Position numbers and translations under genes: made by a program
Notes under the pieces: generated by a model
What the model saw: only the letters and a program-made list of their open reading frames with translations
The model's database searches: none
Told to the model about the DNA's origin: nothing
Origin: Octopus vulgaris
Lineage: Eukaryota
NCBI GenBank assembly: GCA_951406725.2
Contig: OX597832.1
Coordinates: 39,742,001-39,806,000 of the forward strand
Reading direction: 5' to 3'
DNA: 64,000 bases
In this document: positions 1 through 11,253 of the stretch, one piece after another
Layout: every line of letters begins with the position of its first letter
Numbering within the stretch: position 1 is the first letter of the stretch

Positions 1-341
1 CGTGTGTGTGTGTTTCTGTGTATGTGTGTGTGTGTATGTGTGTGTGCAGATATGCGTATGGATTTGTGTGGTCATAAAACGTTTACAGTAGCGTTATGCA
101 TACATGCTTATGTAACTTATGTGTGTACGATCCATACAAACACACACACATATATGTATTTGAATGTATATAAAAAGTATATATACGTGTGTGTGTGTGT
201 AAGTATGTATGTGGGTGGGGGGGGGTGTACACATATATATAAAACTGAGGTAAGAGAAATAAATCAGTGACCAGTGACAAATATTTAAAAATAGACACTC
301 TCACACATACACACATACACACATACATATATATATACATA

Positions 342-383
<42 letters not shown>

Positions 384-606
384 TATGCATATATATACAT
401 ATATATGTATGTGTATATATATATATGTGTGTGTATATATATATATATATATATACATATTCATATATATATATGCATACATTCATATTCATATATATAT
501 ACATACACACACATACACACATGTATATATATGTATATATACATACACACACATACACACATGTATATATACATACACATACACACATGAAATATATGTA
601 TATTTA

Positions 607-683
<77 letters not shown>

Positions 684-752
684 TATATACATATATACAT
701 ATACATACATATATATATGCATATAGGAGAGTATATACAGGCATATATATAT
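1..752. repeat. Compound (TG)n/(TA)n/(CA)n microsatellite field
   Basis: Direct reading: long TA, CA and TG dinucleotide runs. The YIYI/CVCV ORFs here are artefacts. Confidence 0.95.
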
Positions 753-1089
753 AAATGGGTAGACATTTAATTCATACGTAAGGTTATCTAAGAAGTACAT
801 TTACGGCATTTTGCAATATCGTCAATGAATGTTCATAAATATTGCTTAAATTCTCAATAGTCAAATTACATTGATAGAACTAAATCCTGGTCCCTTTCTT
901 CCTAACCTATCGCTCTCCCTTCACCCCCACCCCACCCCCATCCCCCGCTCACCTTTTCTATCGATGAAGTTGTATACTCGGTGATTAACGAACTCTATTC
1001 AGAAACATCTTTTGGGGAAAGATTTCCAACATGCGACCTGCTCAATGGCGACCTTGGTTCACGAGGTTTCTTTCGTCCATTATTGGCAG

Positions 1090-4000
1090 ATTGGTTGGCT
1101 TGATGGCTGGTTGGGGTAGGTGGGTGGATGTCTGGGTCGGTCGGTTTGTTTGTATGCTGATTGATGACTTGGTTTCGTGAGTGACTGGGTTGTTTGGCTG
1201 GTTGGTTTGTTACTTGGTTCATTGCTTGTTTGGACTTTTGGTTGATCGATTTATCGGTTGGTTGGTTGGTTGGTTGGTTGGTTGGTTGGTTGGTTTGTTG
1301 GTTGGTTGGTTGGTTGGTTGGTTGGTTGATTGGTTGGCTGGTTGGTTGGTTGGTTGGCTGGCTGTTTGTTTGGTTGGTTGGTTGGTTGGTTGGTTAGTTG
1401 GTTGGTTGGTTGGCTTGTTGGTTGGTTGGTTGATTGGTTGGTTGGTTGGTTGGTTGGCTGGGTGTTTGGTTGCTTGGTTGGTTAGTTGGTTAGTTGGTTG
1501 GTTGGTTGGTTGGTTTGTTGCTTGGTTGATTTGTTGGTTGGTTGGTTGGCTGGTTGTTTGGTTGGTTGGTTGGTTGGTTGGTTGGTTGGTCGGTCGATTT
1601 ATCGGTTGGTTGGCTGGTTGGTTGGTTGGTTGGTTGGTTGGCTGGTTGTTTGGTTGGTTGGTTGGTTGGTTGGTTGGTCGATTTATCGGTTGGTTGGCAG
1701 TTTGGTTGGTTGGTTGGTTGGCTGGTTGGTTGGTTGGTTGATTGGTTGGTTGGTTGATTGGTTGGTTGGTTGGTTGGTTGGTTGGTTGGTTGGTTGGTTG
1801 GTTGATTGGTTGTTTGGTTGGTTGGTTTGTTTGTTGGTTGGTTGGTTGGTCGATTTGTTGGTTGGTTGGTTGGTTGGTTAGTTGGTTGGTTGGTTGGTTG
1901 GTTTGTTGGTTGGTTGGTTGGTCGATTTATCGGTTGATTGGTTGGTTGGTTGTTTGGTTGGTTGATTGGTTGGTTGGTTGGCTGGTTGGTTGATTGATTG
2001 ATTGGTTGGTTGGCTGGTTGTTTGGTTGGTTGGTTGGTTGATTGGTTGGTTGGTTGGCTGGTTGTTTGGTTGGTTGGTTGGTTGGTTGGTTGATTGATTG
2101 GTTGGTTGGTTGGCTGGTTGTTTGGTTGGTTGGTTGATTGATTGGTTGGTTGGCTGGTTGGTTGGCTGGTTGGTTGGTTGGTTGGTTGGTTGTTAGATTG
2201 GTTGGTTGGCTGGTTGGCTGGTTGGTTGGTTGGTTGGTTGGTTAGTTGGTTGGTTGTTTGGTTGGTTGGTTTGTTTGTTGGTTTGTTGGTTGGTTGGTTG
2301 ATTTATCGGTTGGTTGGCTGGTTGGTTGGTTGGTTGGTTGATTGGTTGGTTTGTTGGTTGGTTGGTTGGTTGGTTGGTTGGTTGATTGGTTGGTTGGTTG
2401 GTCGATTTATCGGTAGGTTGGCTGGTGGGTTAGTTGGTTGATTGGTTGTTTGGTTGGTTGGTTGGTTGGTTGTTTGGTTGGTTGTTTGGTTGGTTGGTTG
2501 GTTGGTTGGTTGGTTGGTTGGTTTGTTGGCTGGTTGGTTGGTTGATTTATCGGTTGGTTGGCTGGTTGGTTGGTTGGTTGGTTGATTGGTTGGGTGGTTG
2601 GTTGGCTGGTTGGTTGGTTGGTTGGTTGGTTGGATGGATGGTTGGTTGGTTGGTTTGTTTGTTGGCTGGTTGGTTGGTCGATTTATCGGTTGGTTGGCTG
2701 GTTGGTTGGTTGGTTGGGTGGTTGGTTGGTTGGCTGGTTGGTTGGTTGGTTGGTTGGTTGGTTGGTTGGTTGGTTGGTTGGTTGGCTTGTTGTTTGGTTG
2801 GCTGGTTGGTTGGTTGGTTGATTGGTTGGTTGGTTGGTTGATTGGTTGGTTGGTTGGTTGGTTGGTTGGTTGGTTGGTTGATTGGTTGGTTGGCTGGTTG
2901 ATTGGTTGGTTGGTTGGTTGGTTGGTTGGTTTGTTGGTTGGTTGGTTGGCTGGTTGTTTGATTGGTTGGTTGGTTGGTTGGTTGGTTGGTTGGTTGGTTG
3001 GTTGGTTGGTTGGTTGGTTGGTTGGTTGGTTGGTTGGTTGGTTGGTTGGTTGATTGGTTGTTTGGTTGGTTGATTGGTTGGTTGGTTGGTTGATTGTTGG
3101 TTGGTTGGTTGGTTGGTTGGTTGGTTGGTTTGTTGGTTTGTTGGTTGGTTGGCTGGTTGGTTGGCTGGTTGTTTGATTGGTTGTTTGGTTGGTTGGTTGG
3201 TTGGTTGGTTGGTTGTTTGGTTGGTTGGTTGGTTGGTTGGTTGGTTGGTTGGTTGGTTGATTGGTTGTTTGGTTGGTTGGTTGGTTGGTTGGTTGGTTGG
3301 TTGGTTGGTTGGTTGGTTGGTTGGTTGGTTGGTTGGTTGGTTGGTTGGTTGGTTGGTTGGTTGGTTGGTTGGTTGGTTGGTTGGTTGGTTGGTTGGCTGG
3401 TTGGTTGGTTGGTTGGTTGGTTGGTTGGTTGGTTGGTTGTTTGGTTGGTTGGTTGGTTGGTTGGTTGGTTGGTTGGTTGGTTGGTTGGTTGGTTGGTTGG
3501 TTGGTTGGTTGGTTGGTTGGTTGGTTGGTTGGTTGATTGGTTGGTTGGTTGGTTGGTTGGTTTGTTGGTTTGTTGGTTTGTTGTTTGGTTGGCTGGTTGG
3601 TTGTTTGGTTGGTTGGTTGGTTGGTTGGTTGGTTGGTTGGCTGGTTGTTTGATTGGTTGTTTGGTTGGTTGGTTGGTTGGTTGGTTGGTTGGTTGGTTGT
3701 TTGGTTGGTTGGTTGGTTGGTTGGTTGGTTGGTTGGTTGGTTGGTTGGTTGGTTGGTTGGTTGGTTGGCTGGTTGGTTGGTTGGTTGGTTGGTTGGTTGG
3801 TTGGTTGGCTGGTTGGTTGGTTGGTTGGTTGGTTGGTTGGTTGGTTGGTTGGCTGGTTGGTTGGTTGGTTGGTTGGTTGGTTGGTTGGTTGTTTGGTTGG
3901 TTGGTTGGTTGGTTGGTTGGTTGGTTGGTTGGTTGGTTGGTTGGTTGGTTGGTTGGTTGGTTGATTGGTTGGTTGGTTGGTTGGTTGGTTGATTGGTTGG

Positions 4001-4681
4001 TTGGTTGGTTGGTTGGTTTGTTGGTTTGTTGGTTTGTTGGTTGGTTGGCTGGTTGGTTGTTTGGTTGGTTGGTTGGTTGGTTGGTTGGTTGGCTGGTTGT
4101 TTGGTTGGTTGGTTGGTTGGTTGGTTGGTTGGTTGGTTGGTTGGTTGGTTGGTTGGTTGGTTGGTTGGTTGGTTGGTTGGTTGGTTGGTTGGCTGGTTGG
4201 TTGGTTGGTTGGTTGGTTGGTTGGTTGGTTGGTTGGCTGGTTGGTTGGTTGGTTGGTTGGTTGGTTGGTTGGTTGGTTGGTTGGTTGGTTGGTTGGTTGG
4301 TTGGTTGGTTGGTTGGTTGGTTGGTTGGTTGGTTGGTTGGTTGGTTGGTTGGTTGGCTGGTTGGTTGGTTGGTTGGTTGGTTGGCTGGTTGGTTGGTTGG
4401 TTGGTTGGTTGGTTGGTTGGTTGGTTGGTTGGTTGGTTGGTTGGTTGGTTGTTTGGTTGGTTGGTTGGTTGGTTGGTTGGTTGGTGGTTGGTTGGTTGGT
4501 TGGTTGGTTGGTTGGTTGGTTGGTTGGTTGGTTGGTTGGTTGGTTGGTTGGTTGGTTGGTTGGTTGGTTGGTTGGTTGGTTGGTTGGTTGGTTGGTTGGT
4601 TGGTTGGTTGGTTGGTTGGTTCGTGTTTTGTTTGGTTGGTTGGTTGATCGATTTCACTGGGTGGGTTTGGGTGGATGGATG

Positions 4682-4682
<1 letters not shown>
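1090..4682. repeat. ~3.6-kb (GGTT)n tetranucleotide array, degenerate on the left and nearly pure on the right
   Basis: Direct reading. It generates the WLVG and NQPT pseudo-ORFs. Confidence 0.97.

Positions 4683-4756
<74 letters not shown>
4683..4756. repeat. (GATA)/(GA)n microsatellite
   Basis: Direct reading. Confidence 0.95.
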
Positions 4757-4758
<2 letters not shown>

Positions 4759-4795
4759 GGACGTGTGTGTGAATATATGATTGAAAATACACACA

Positions 4796-5040
4796 GTAGG
4801 GGGTATTCAATGTACTTTTATAGCTGTCTTCTTCAATCAGGAATAGAAGTTGGCAGATGAGCTTATTAGAGGCATCGTAGTAATATACTAAAATTACAGT
4901 AACCTAGAACTGTTATAAACTGCTTCACCTCAAATAAGTAACAAAACTTCTGGAATGCGCCAAGTGCCTTATTTATGGGCACGATTCTGACTGAAATTTT
5001 GTCGACCGTCTTACGTACTTTTTTCGAAAGATCCCCCTAC
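4796..5040. mobile_element. Possible degraded MITE
   Basis: Imperfect inverted termini GTAGGGGG...GTAC (left) and GTAC...CCCCCTAC (right). No clear TSD. Confidence 0.3.
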
Positions 5041-5069
5041 ATTGCAATGCTAATCAGAATATGAGGGAC

Positions 5070-5313
5070 GTGGAGGCGCGTGGCTTAACGGTTAGGGTTT
5101 CAGCATCATGATCGTAAGATTGTGGTTTCGATTCCTGGACTGGGCAACGCGCTGTGTTCTTGAGCAAAACACTTCATTTCACGTTGCTCCAGTCCACTCA
5201 GCTGGCAAAAATGAGTAACGCTGCGATGGACTGGCGTCCCATCCAGCTGGGGAACACATACGCCATGGAAACCGGGAAACCGGGCCCATGAGCCTGGCTA
5301 GGCTTTAAAAAGG
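5070..5313 (+). mobile_element. tRNA-derived SINE, family D (CORE/V-like central motifs)
   Basis: Pol III A box (TGGCTTAACGG) and B box (GTTTCGATTCC), followed by TGTGTTCTTGAGCAAAACACTT and GCGATGGACTGGCGTCCC motifs. Related copies at ~12990, ~24036 and ~52940-53231 (-). Confidence 0.8.
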
Positions 5314-5542
5314 CGGCGAGCTGGCAGAATCGTTAGCACGCCGGGCGAAATGCGTAGCCGTATTCCGTCTGCCGCTACGTTCTGAGTTCAAATTCCGCCG
5401 AGGTCGACTTTGCCTTTCATCATTTTGGGGTTGATAAATTAAGTACCAGTTACATACTGGAGTCGATGTAATCGACTTAATCCCTTTGTCTGTCCTTGTT
5501 TGTCCCCTCTATGTTTAGTCCCTTGTGGGCAATAAAGAAATA
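5311..5542 (+). mobile_element. SINE family A (MetaSINE-like core)
   Basis: GGCGAGCTGGCAGAATCGTTAGCACG head and GTCGACTTTGCCTTTCATC...GATAAATTAAGTACC core resembling the Meta domain. Many copies in the window. Confidence 0.8.
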
Positions 5543-6437
5543 AGAATATGACGGACAATGTTGTTGCAACTACCGCCGGTGCTGCTGCCACCGCCATTAC
5601 TGCTGCTGCTGTTTAACATACGATCTTCCTAAACCATATCGGAAAGACAATGCTTGACCGATTGGCTCACCTGAACCCTGCAAACATTAACTCACAGGCA
5701 AACTGTAGTCATTTGTCTTTTATCCTATTATTTTTATTGCTACACTAACAGTTTCTGTTCCTCCTCTGAATTGATGAGTCACCTCCGTCAAACAAACCTT
5801 ATTCACTTGCTTTTGACTTCTTGTGACGAATGTGTCTCGGCCAACAGATTCCACACAAAATACTTATAAAGAGAGCAAAAAGTGCATCGCTCCAGAATTC
5901 TCTCTCTCTCTTGCGCCACCTTTTCGTGCAATTATCAATCAGCAACAAATCAAGCAAAGCACCAGCTGCATCGATCACATCGGTCTAGATTGGGGAAGTG
6001 AGTGAGAGAAAGGGAGAAGTCTTTTTAAATATCTGAGAAGATGTCACTCATCTCGTGCGATGAAATTTACAAGGGAAATAACTGTTAATACTAAGGGAAA
6101 TAACTCACATTCTCTCTCTCAATCGCTCTGTCTGATATATATATATATATATATAGATATAGATATAGATTATGGAGATGTACTTGCATAGCAAGTGACC
6201 TGATCTGAGATCGTGTGCTAGAACGAAAACAATTGCAGCGTGGAAGGTGTTTATAAGCCATTTAAAAAACACGTGGTTAGATTTTCAACGCTTTAAGTTT
6301 ACTTTGATCAAATTCTTATAAAGATCTTATCCTATTTTGCTAAATTATATAATATATATATATATACATACATACATACATACATACATACATACATACA
6401 TACATACATACATACATACATACATACATACATACAT

Positions 6438-6812
6438 GCGCAGGAGTGGCTGTGTGGTAAGTAGCTTGCTAACGAACCACATGGTTGCGGGTTCAGTCCC
6501 ACTGCGTGGCACCTTGGGCAAGTGTCTTCTACTTTAGCCTCGGGCCAACCAATGCCTAGTGAATGGATTTGGTAGACGGAAACTGAAAGAAGCCCGTCAT
6601 ATATATATATATATATGTGTGTAAACTTTGTGTGTCTGTGTTTGTCGCAGCATTGCTTGAAACCGATGCTGGTGTGTATAGTCGTCACTTAGTGGTTCGG
6701 CAAAAAGAGACCGATAGAATAAGTACTGGTGCTGTGTGAATAAGTCCCGTGTCTGATTTGATCGACTAAAGGCGGTGCTCCAACCGATGTTTGCAGTCAA
6801 ATGACGTGAATT
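6438..6812 (+). mobile_element. tRNA-derived SINE family B with internal (TA)/(TG) microsatellite
   Basis: GGAGTGGCTGTGTGGTAAG...GGTTCAGTCCC (A/B boxes), CORE-like ACCTTGGGCAAGT, tail GGCGGTGCTCCA...CAGTCAAATGAC. Confidence 0.85.
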
Positions 6813-7025
6813 AGTAGTTCAGCAAAAGAGATCATAGAATACATATACTAGGCATAAAAGAACCCTACGTCGTTAATTGGGTCCGTCGACTTACGTCGAA
6901 TTAACTTGTCTCTAGGTTAAGCCGATAATAACCACTCCCAGTTCTGTACATTATTTATGAATGCATTTTCAATAATACATGGTAAATAAAAACGCATTTT
7001 AAGCTTACAAACAAGTAGTTTTTAA

Positions 7026-7087
<62 letters not shown>

Positions 7088-7088
7088 A

Positions 7089-7126
<38 letters not shown>

Positions 7127-7819
7127 TGACAGACAGACAGGTCGATAAATTAAGTACCAGTTGCGTAATTATTATTATTTCGCAATAGTAGAAAAAAAAA
7201 CTAAATTATTTTAAATTCACCAATACGTACATACAATTTAGGGATTTCGTTCACTAAGCTACAGTACTTTATGGTGTGTATCTTAACATTTACTGTACTT
7301 ATTTCAATATGATTTTATGTGCTTTTATTCTTATTTACTGTACAGTAACATGATTTTATATGCTTTTAACAGTTTTCTAGTGATTTTACGATTCCAATAT
7401 TTGTGACGGACAGACGTAAAATGGAGTAAAATGACTTAATTTGATCTCTATTTCCCCATATATTATTTTTGAAAACCGATGTATAATCGAGAACGACTCA
7501 AATCGAAACTACTTAAGCCAAGGTATACCTGTATATATCTCATATATTCTAATGGTTCCAAAAGTGTGCAGCATTGACCCCCCAGAAACGGTGGAAAGTT
7601 CCAAGGAGGTATTGAAGAAAAGTGGACCGATAATGGAGTAGCGATTCATGTAAAAGCAACGAAATAATGGGTTCGTTGGGTTAAGTTTTATTTGTTAAAT
7701 ACAGTTGCTCTGAATTTGCTTCAGAAAGAGGTCTATATTTCTGATGGTTAGTTGGGGTGGGGGTACTAGGAATGTGGCCTGGGTGTCAAGAGGCGAGAGC
7801 CCGAAAAAGTTGGGAACCA

Positions 7820-7883
<64 letters not shown>

Positions 7884-8071
7884 GAGCATTACTACACATA
7901 AATACCTCACACTAGCAGTTTAGCAAAAGAGACTCATAGAATAAGTACTAGGCTTAAAAGAATAAGTCTTGGGATCGATTTCTTCGATTAAAGCCCTTTA
8001 AGGCGGTGCTCCAGCATGGCCGCGGTCAAATAACTGAAACATGTAAGAGAATAAAAAAATAAAAGAATGCA

Positions 8072-8262
8072 TGGCACGTAAAAAGCACCCACTACACTCA
8101 CGGAGTGGTTGGCGTTAGGAAGGACATCCAGCTGTAGAAACACTGACAGATCAGACTGGAACCTGGTGCAGCCTTCTGGCTTCCCAGATCCCCGGTCGAA
8201 CCGTCCAACCCATGCTAGCATGGAGAACGGACGTTAAACGATGATGATGATGATGATGATGA
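8072..8262 (+). mobile_element. SINE/short retroelement family C with (GAT)n tail
   Basis: GGCACGTAAAAAGCACC...GGCGTTAGGAAGG...CATCCAGCTGTAGAAA...GGACGTTAAACGATGATGAT. More than 15 copies in the window, in both orientations. Confidence 0.85.
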
Positions 8263-8798
8263 TATATAAAGAGAGAGAGAGAGTGAGTGACAGACAGACA
8301 GATCGATAAATTAAGTACCAGTTGCGTGCTGGGATCGATCTAATCGACTGTCCCCCTCCCAAAACATTTCGGGCCTTGTGAGTAGTGTAGAAAATGATAT
8401 TTAGAAAGTTTGTTTGATATCTTTCAATAGTTTTCTTGTGCGGGGGTCACCTCTCGTTCACCACACTAGAAATCAGTCTTCAATATTTTTCCAGCGGTCC
8501 AAGTGGGTCCAGGTTATATACTAAGCAGCATCAGATTGTCCCTACTGCCACTTACACCTGCATCTAGTAGTGGAGGTATGGGATCACTGGGGGTACAGAT
8601 CTGGTGGGTCGAGCTAAGACTGTCGAGTGATTAGATGTTAATTCGGACAAAGCTAATGTAGAGGCGAGCCAACTAACAAGGGAGGCAATCAGCTTTTCAC
8701 TAGTTGCTTCCCTTTAATCAATCTGTATTCAACTTTCGTTCTTTTTGTTTTTGTCAAGAACAATTTCTGCAATTATTTAGTTTTCGAGCTTCTACGTT

Positions 8799-9911
8799 GA
8801 TTATCCAGAAGAGATGGAAGGAGACTAGATAGTCTTTACCCTTTGTTTAAATTCAGATCCTACCGTAACAGCTAATCTCCCCCACCTCCAAACGAGTCCA
8901 CCGTTCTCCACCTCCACCTCCATCGCTAACCTTCCTCCACCACCATCTCCTCCCCATCTGAATTCTAATTCTAATGCCGACCCTACTGATGCCCTCAATT
9001 TACCTCCAAGCGGTCTCACAAAGCCCATTTCATAGCAGCTGGGTGTACTCTCTGTGACGGATCACAGCGAAAGTGTGTTTGTCCTCGGTTTCAGACTGAC
9101 TCTCCACCGAATCTTCCCCTACTGAGATAGGGATGGGTACCGAGCAAGGTTGCGAAACTGCTGCTCATGCCCTTAGAGCTCTCACCCACTTGCCTTCCAA
9201 GACCCCAAAGGGTCAACTCTCTCTTTGATCAATCTGATCAATTTTCAAGGTGTCGCCTTACTTTCTCTAAATGCGAAATTCTCAGGGGATTGGGTTGATG
9301 CCCTGCGGGTGGCCAACATTGGCAGTCAACTCAGTCCGGATGAGCTCTGCACTTCCATTGCGCTCAGAGTGGGGGACCGTGGTAGACCTCTTGACTCCAT
9401 AGACCTTCGTGGTTTTTCTTGCCGCCTAAATGCTGCTCGTTTCGCTCGTCACACTGAACTAAATTTGGTCAAGTAAATACCCCCCTCGGTTCTCGAGCCA
9501 GCGGGATTATCCAGAAGAGATGGAAGGAGACTAGATAGTCTTACCCTTTGTCCCTGGGTAAGAGTAGGTGCCTCGTCTGGGACGCCACGGTCTGAGACTG
9601 CTATACCCCCACCCTCCACATCCTGGATGCTGCGGCAGATGGAAAGGTCACTGCTTTTCCGTAGCCGAACTAACAAAATTCCAAAGTATTGGGATTTGTC
9701 GGTGAACAATTTCTTCCAACCTGTGGCGTTTGGAGTAGCAGGGCTGCTGACAACGAAATTGTTGTCGTCGTCAGCGGCTCGCCCGACCAAAATTTCTGGT
9801 GATGCTTGTGAGGGTACTTGGCTATTCCAACGCCTTAGGCTCGCCATCGTCCGCGCCCGCGATAATGCCGCAAGCGTGTTGGCTTGCTTCCATAAAAAAA
9901 GGTTCCGTTGA
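8799..9911 (+). mobile_element. Decayed 3' end of a CRE-clade non-LTR retrotransposon (zinc finger + restriction-like endonuclease)
   Basis: Frame-broken peptides SGDWVDALRVANIGSQL..IALRVG, GFSCRLNAARFARHTELN, PSVLEPAGLSRRDGRRLDSLTLCPW, FQPVAFGVAG and GDACEGTWLFQRLRLAIVR..NAASVLA match the CRE C-terminal pattern (RH..LN..LEP..DGKRPDG..PW..FQR.S.A.QRGNA). Short A-run at 9894-9900. Confidence 0.8.
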
Positions 9912-10179
9912 TTCTTGTGACGTGCGACCGATTGATACACTTAAGTGTTGAATTTTGTTTTGTTTTTGTTTTTCTTCGATCATGATTATATTTTCTTGTT
10001 TTGGATTTATATTTTCATGTGGAATATTTATGTAATTAGGCAAGCTGTAACCATGAATTCAATTGCAGGTGAATGGGTGGATGGGTGGGTGTAGTGTAAA
10101 ATGAAAAGGAAAATAAGCAAAAATGCAAGAAATATTTAAGCATAATCAATACACTATTCCGACAATTGATACTTTTATA

Positions 10180-10430
10180 GGTACTACTAGCTAACGGTGG
10201 TCCTGGTGCGCGCACACACGCAGTCGCGCATCCGCGCTAACTAGTCGTGACTAGTCGATCCTACAACGACTATCAAGCAAAGTAAATAAAACACAAAATA
10301 AATAATGTTTTAAACAAAGTAAATAACACAAAAAAAAACACAAAGTAGGGATCGGCTAGTCATGACTAACTAACGCGGATGCGCGAGTACGCGAGTGCGC
10401 GCACTGGGACCACTGTTCTCAAGTAGTACC
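10180..10430. mobile_element. MITE with ~85-bp CpG-rich TIRs, flanked by TATA on both sides
   Basis: TATA|GGTACTACT..GGTCCTGGTGCGCGCA..CGCGCATCCGCG..CTAGTCGATCCTAC, mirrored by GTAGGGATCGGCTAG..CGCGGATGCGCG..TGCGCGCACTGGGACC..AGTAGTACC|TATA. Confidence 0.85.
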
Positions 10431-10869
10431 TATACTTTGTTTACACTTAACATTCCTGCGAAATGCATAAACGTCACAACATCCCATTTCAGTGGGTATA
10501 AATCTTCAGACTTGCGTTGGCCATACTTTCACGATAATTATAAGCATCGTAAGCGATTTGAATTCTAATTAAAAATCGGAACCGGTTCGCAGACTCCAAC
10601 AACGGGGATCCGATGCTTCGTATAAATTAACATAAAACCATTTATCTATGATTATCCATCTCCATGCAGACTAGTTGCACTTCACAGCCACAGCAAGGAT
10701 GTATAGAAAAGTAGGATTTGTTTCTTCTTCGTTTTTCGTTTCGGATGGTTTACTTAACAGAAATACAAACTTCTTCTTTCCATTTTCCCCCCAATTATTT
10801 CATAAATTGAATTAGATATTCCTTTTCTTATTAAATTCTTTCTTAATTTAATATTATTTTCATGAACTC

Positions 10870-11033
10870 AAGACGCAACGAAAATTTTAGGACAATAAAA
10901 ATAAGAAATAAGTGGAAATTTTACCGGTGAGTGTGTTACATAATAAAGCACAAAAAGAAAATGACCCTCCCCAGACAAAACATAATATGCTTCAACACAC
11001 GAACTCATATAAAGAATGTTGCAAACCAAATCC
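10870..11033 (+). repeat. Interspersed repeat upstream of CCT2 exon 1 (inverted copy at ~11572-11668, direct copy at ~11695-11810)
   Basis: Shared GCAACGAAAATTTTAGGACAATAAAAATAAG...CTCCCCAGACA and ATATGCTTCAACACACGAACTCATATAAAG segments. Confidence 0.85.
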
Positions 11034-11182
11034 AAAAACGAAATACTCTTATAAACATTTTTATATAATACCACACCTATAAATAATACCATTTCGTTTC
11101 GTTTTTCCATTTCTCTTTCTACAGCCAGTCATCTCCTCGCTCATATTACCCGTCTGTCTCCATCGCAAACCATATCCGGTCG

Positions 11183-11207
11183 CTTCTCGAGATTTCTAGA
11201 AGTTTCA
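11183..11207. promoter_or_regulatory. Heat-shock element (HSF site), five alternating nGAAn units
   Basis: cTTCtcGAGatTTCtaGAAgtTTCa: correct 5-bp spacing with one mismatch, ~50 nt upstream of the CCT2 ATG. Further GAAnnTTC units at 11225-11232 and 11243-11250. Confidence 0.75.
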
Positions 11208-11253
11208 ACTCAGTCTACGGCAAAGAAATTTCCATTCGAGCAGAAACTTCACA

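Noticed and set aside
4-800. [12 protein letters not shown] ORFs here and at ~35600-36800, ~49200-50300 and ~60500-60800
   Set aside because: Translations of dinucleotide microsatellites.
995-1222. 75-aa minus-strand ORF ending [13 protein letters not shown]..
   Set aside because: Mostly the degenerate edge of the AACC array; no recognisable homology or splice support.
1090-4682. Telomeric or interstitial telomeric repeat
   Set aside because: The unit is GGTT, not TTAGGG or TTAGG.
2303-4810. 835-aa NQPT-repeat ORF and the overlapping WLVG ORFs
   Set aside because: (AACC)n and (GGTT)n lack stop codons in all frames, so long ORFs are expected. There is no unique domain, and the start runs through a (CT)n tract.
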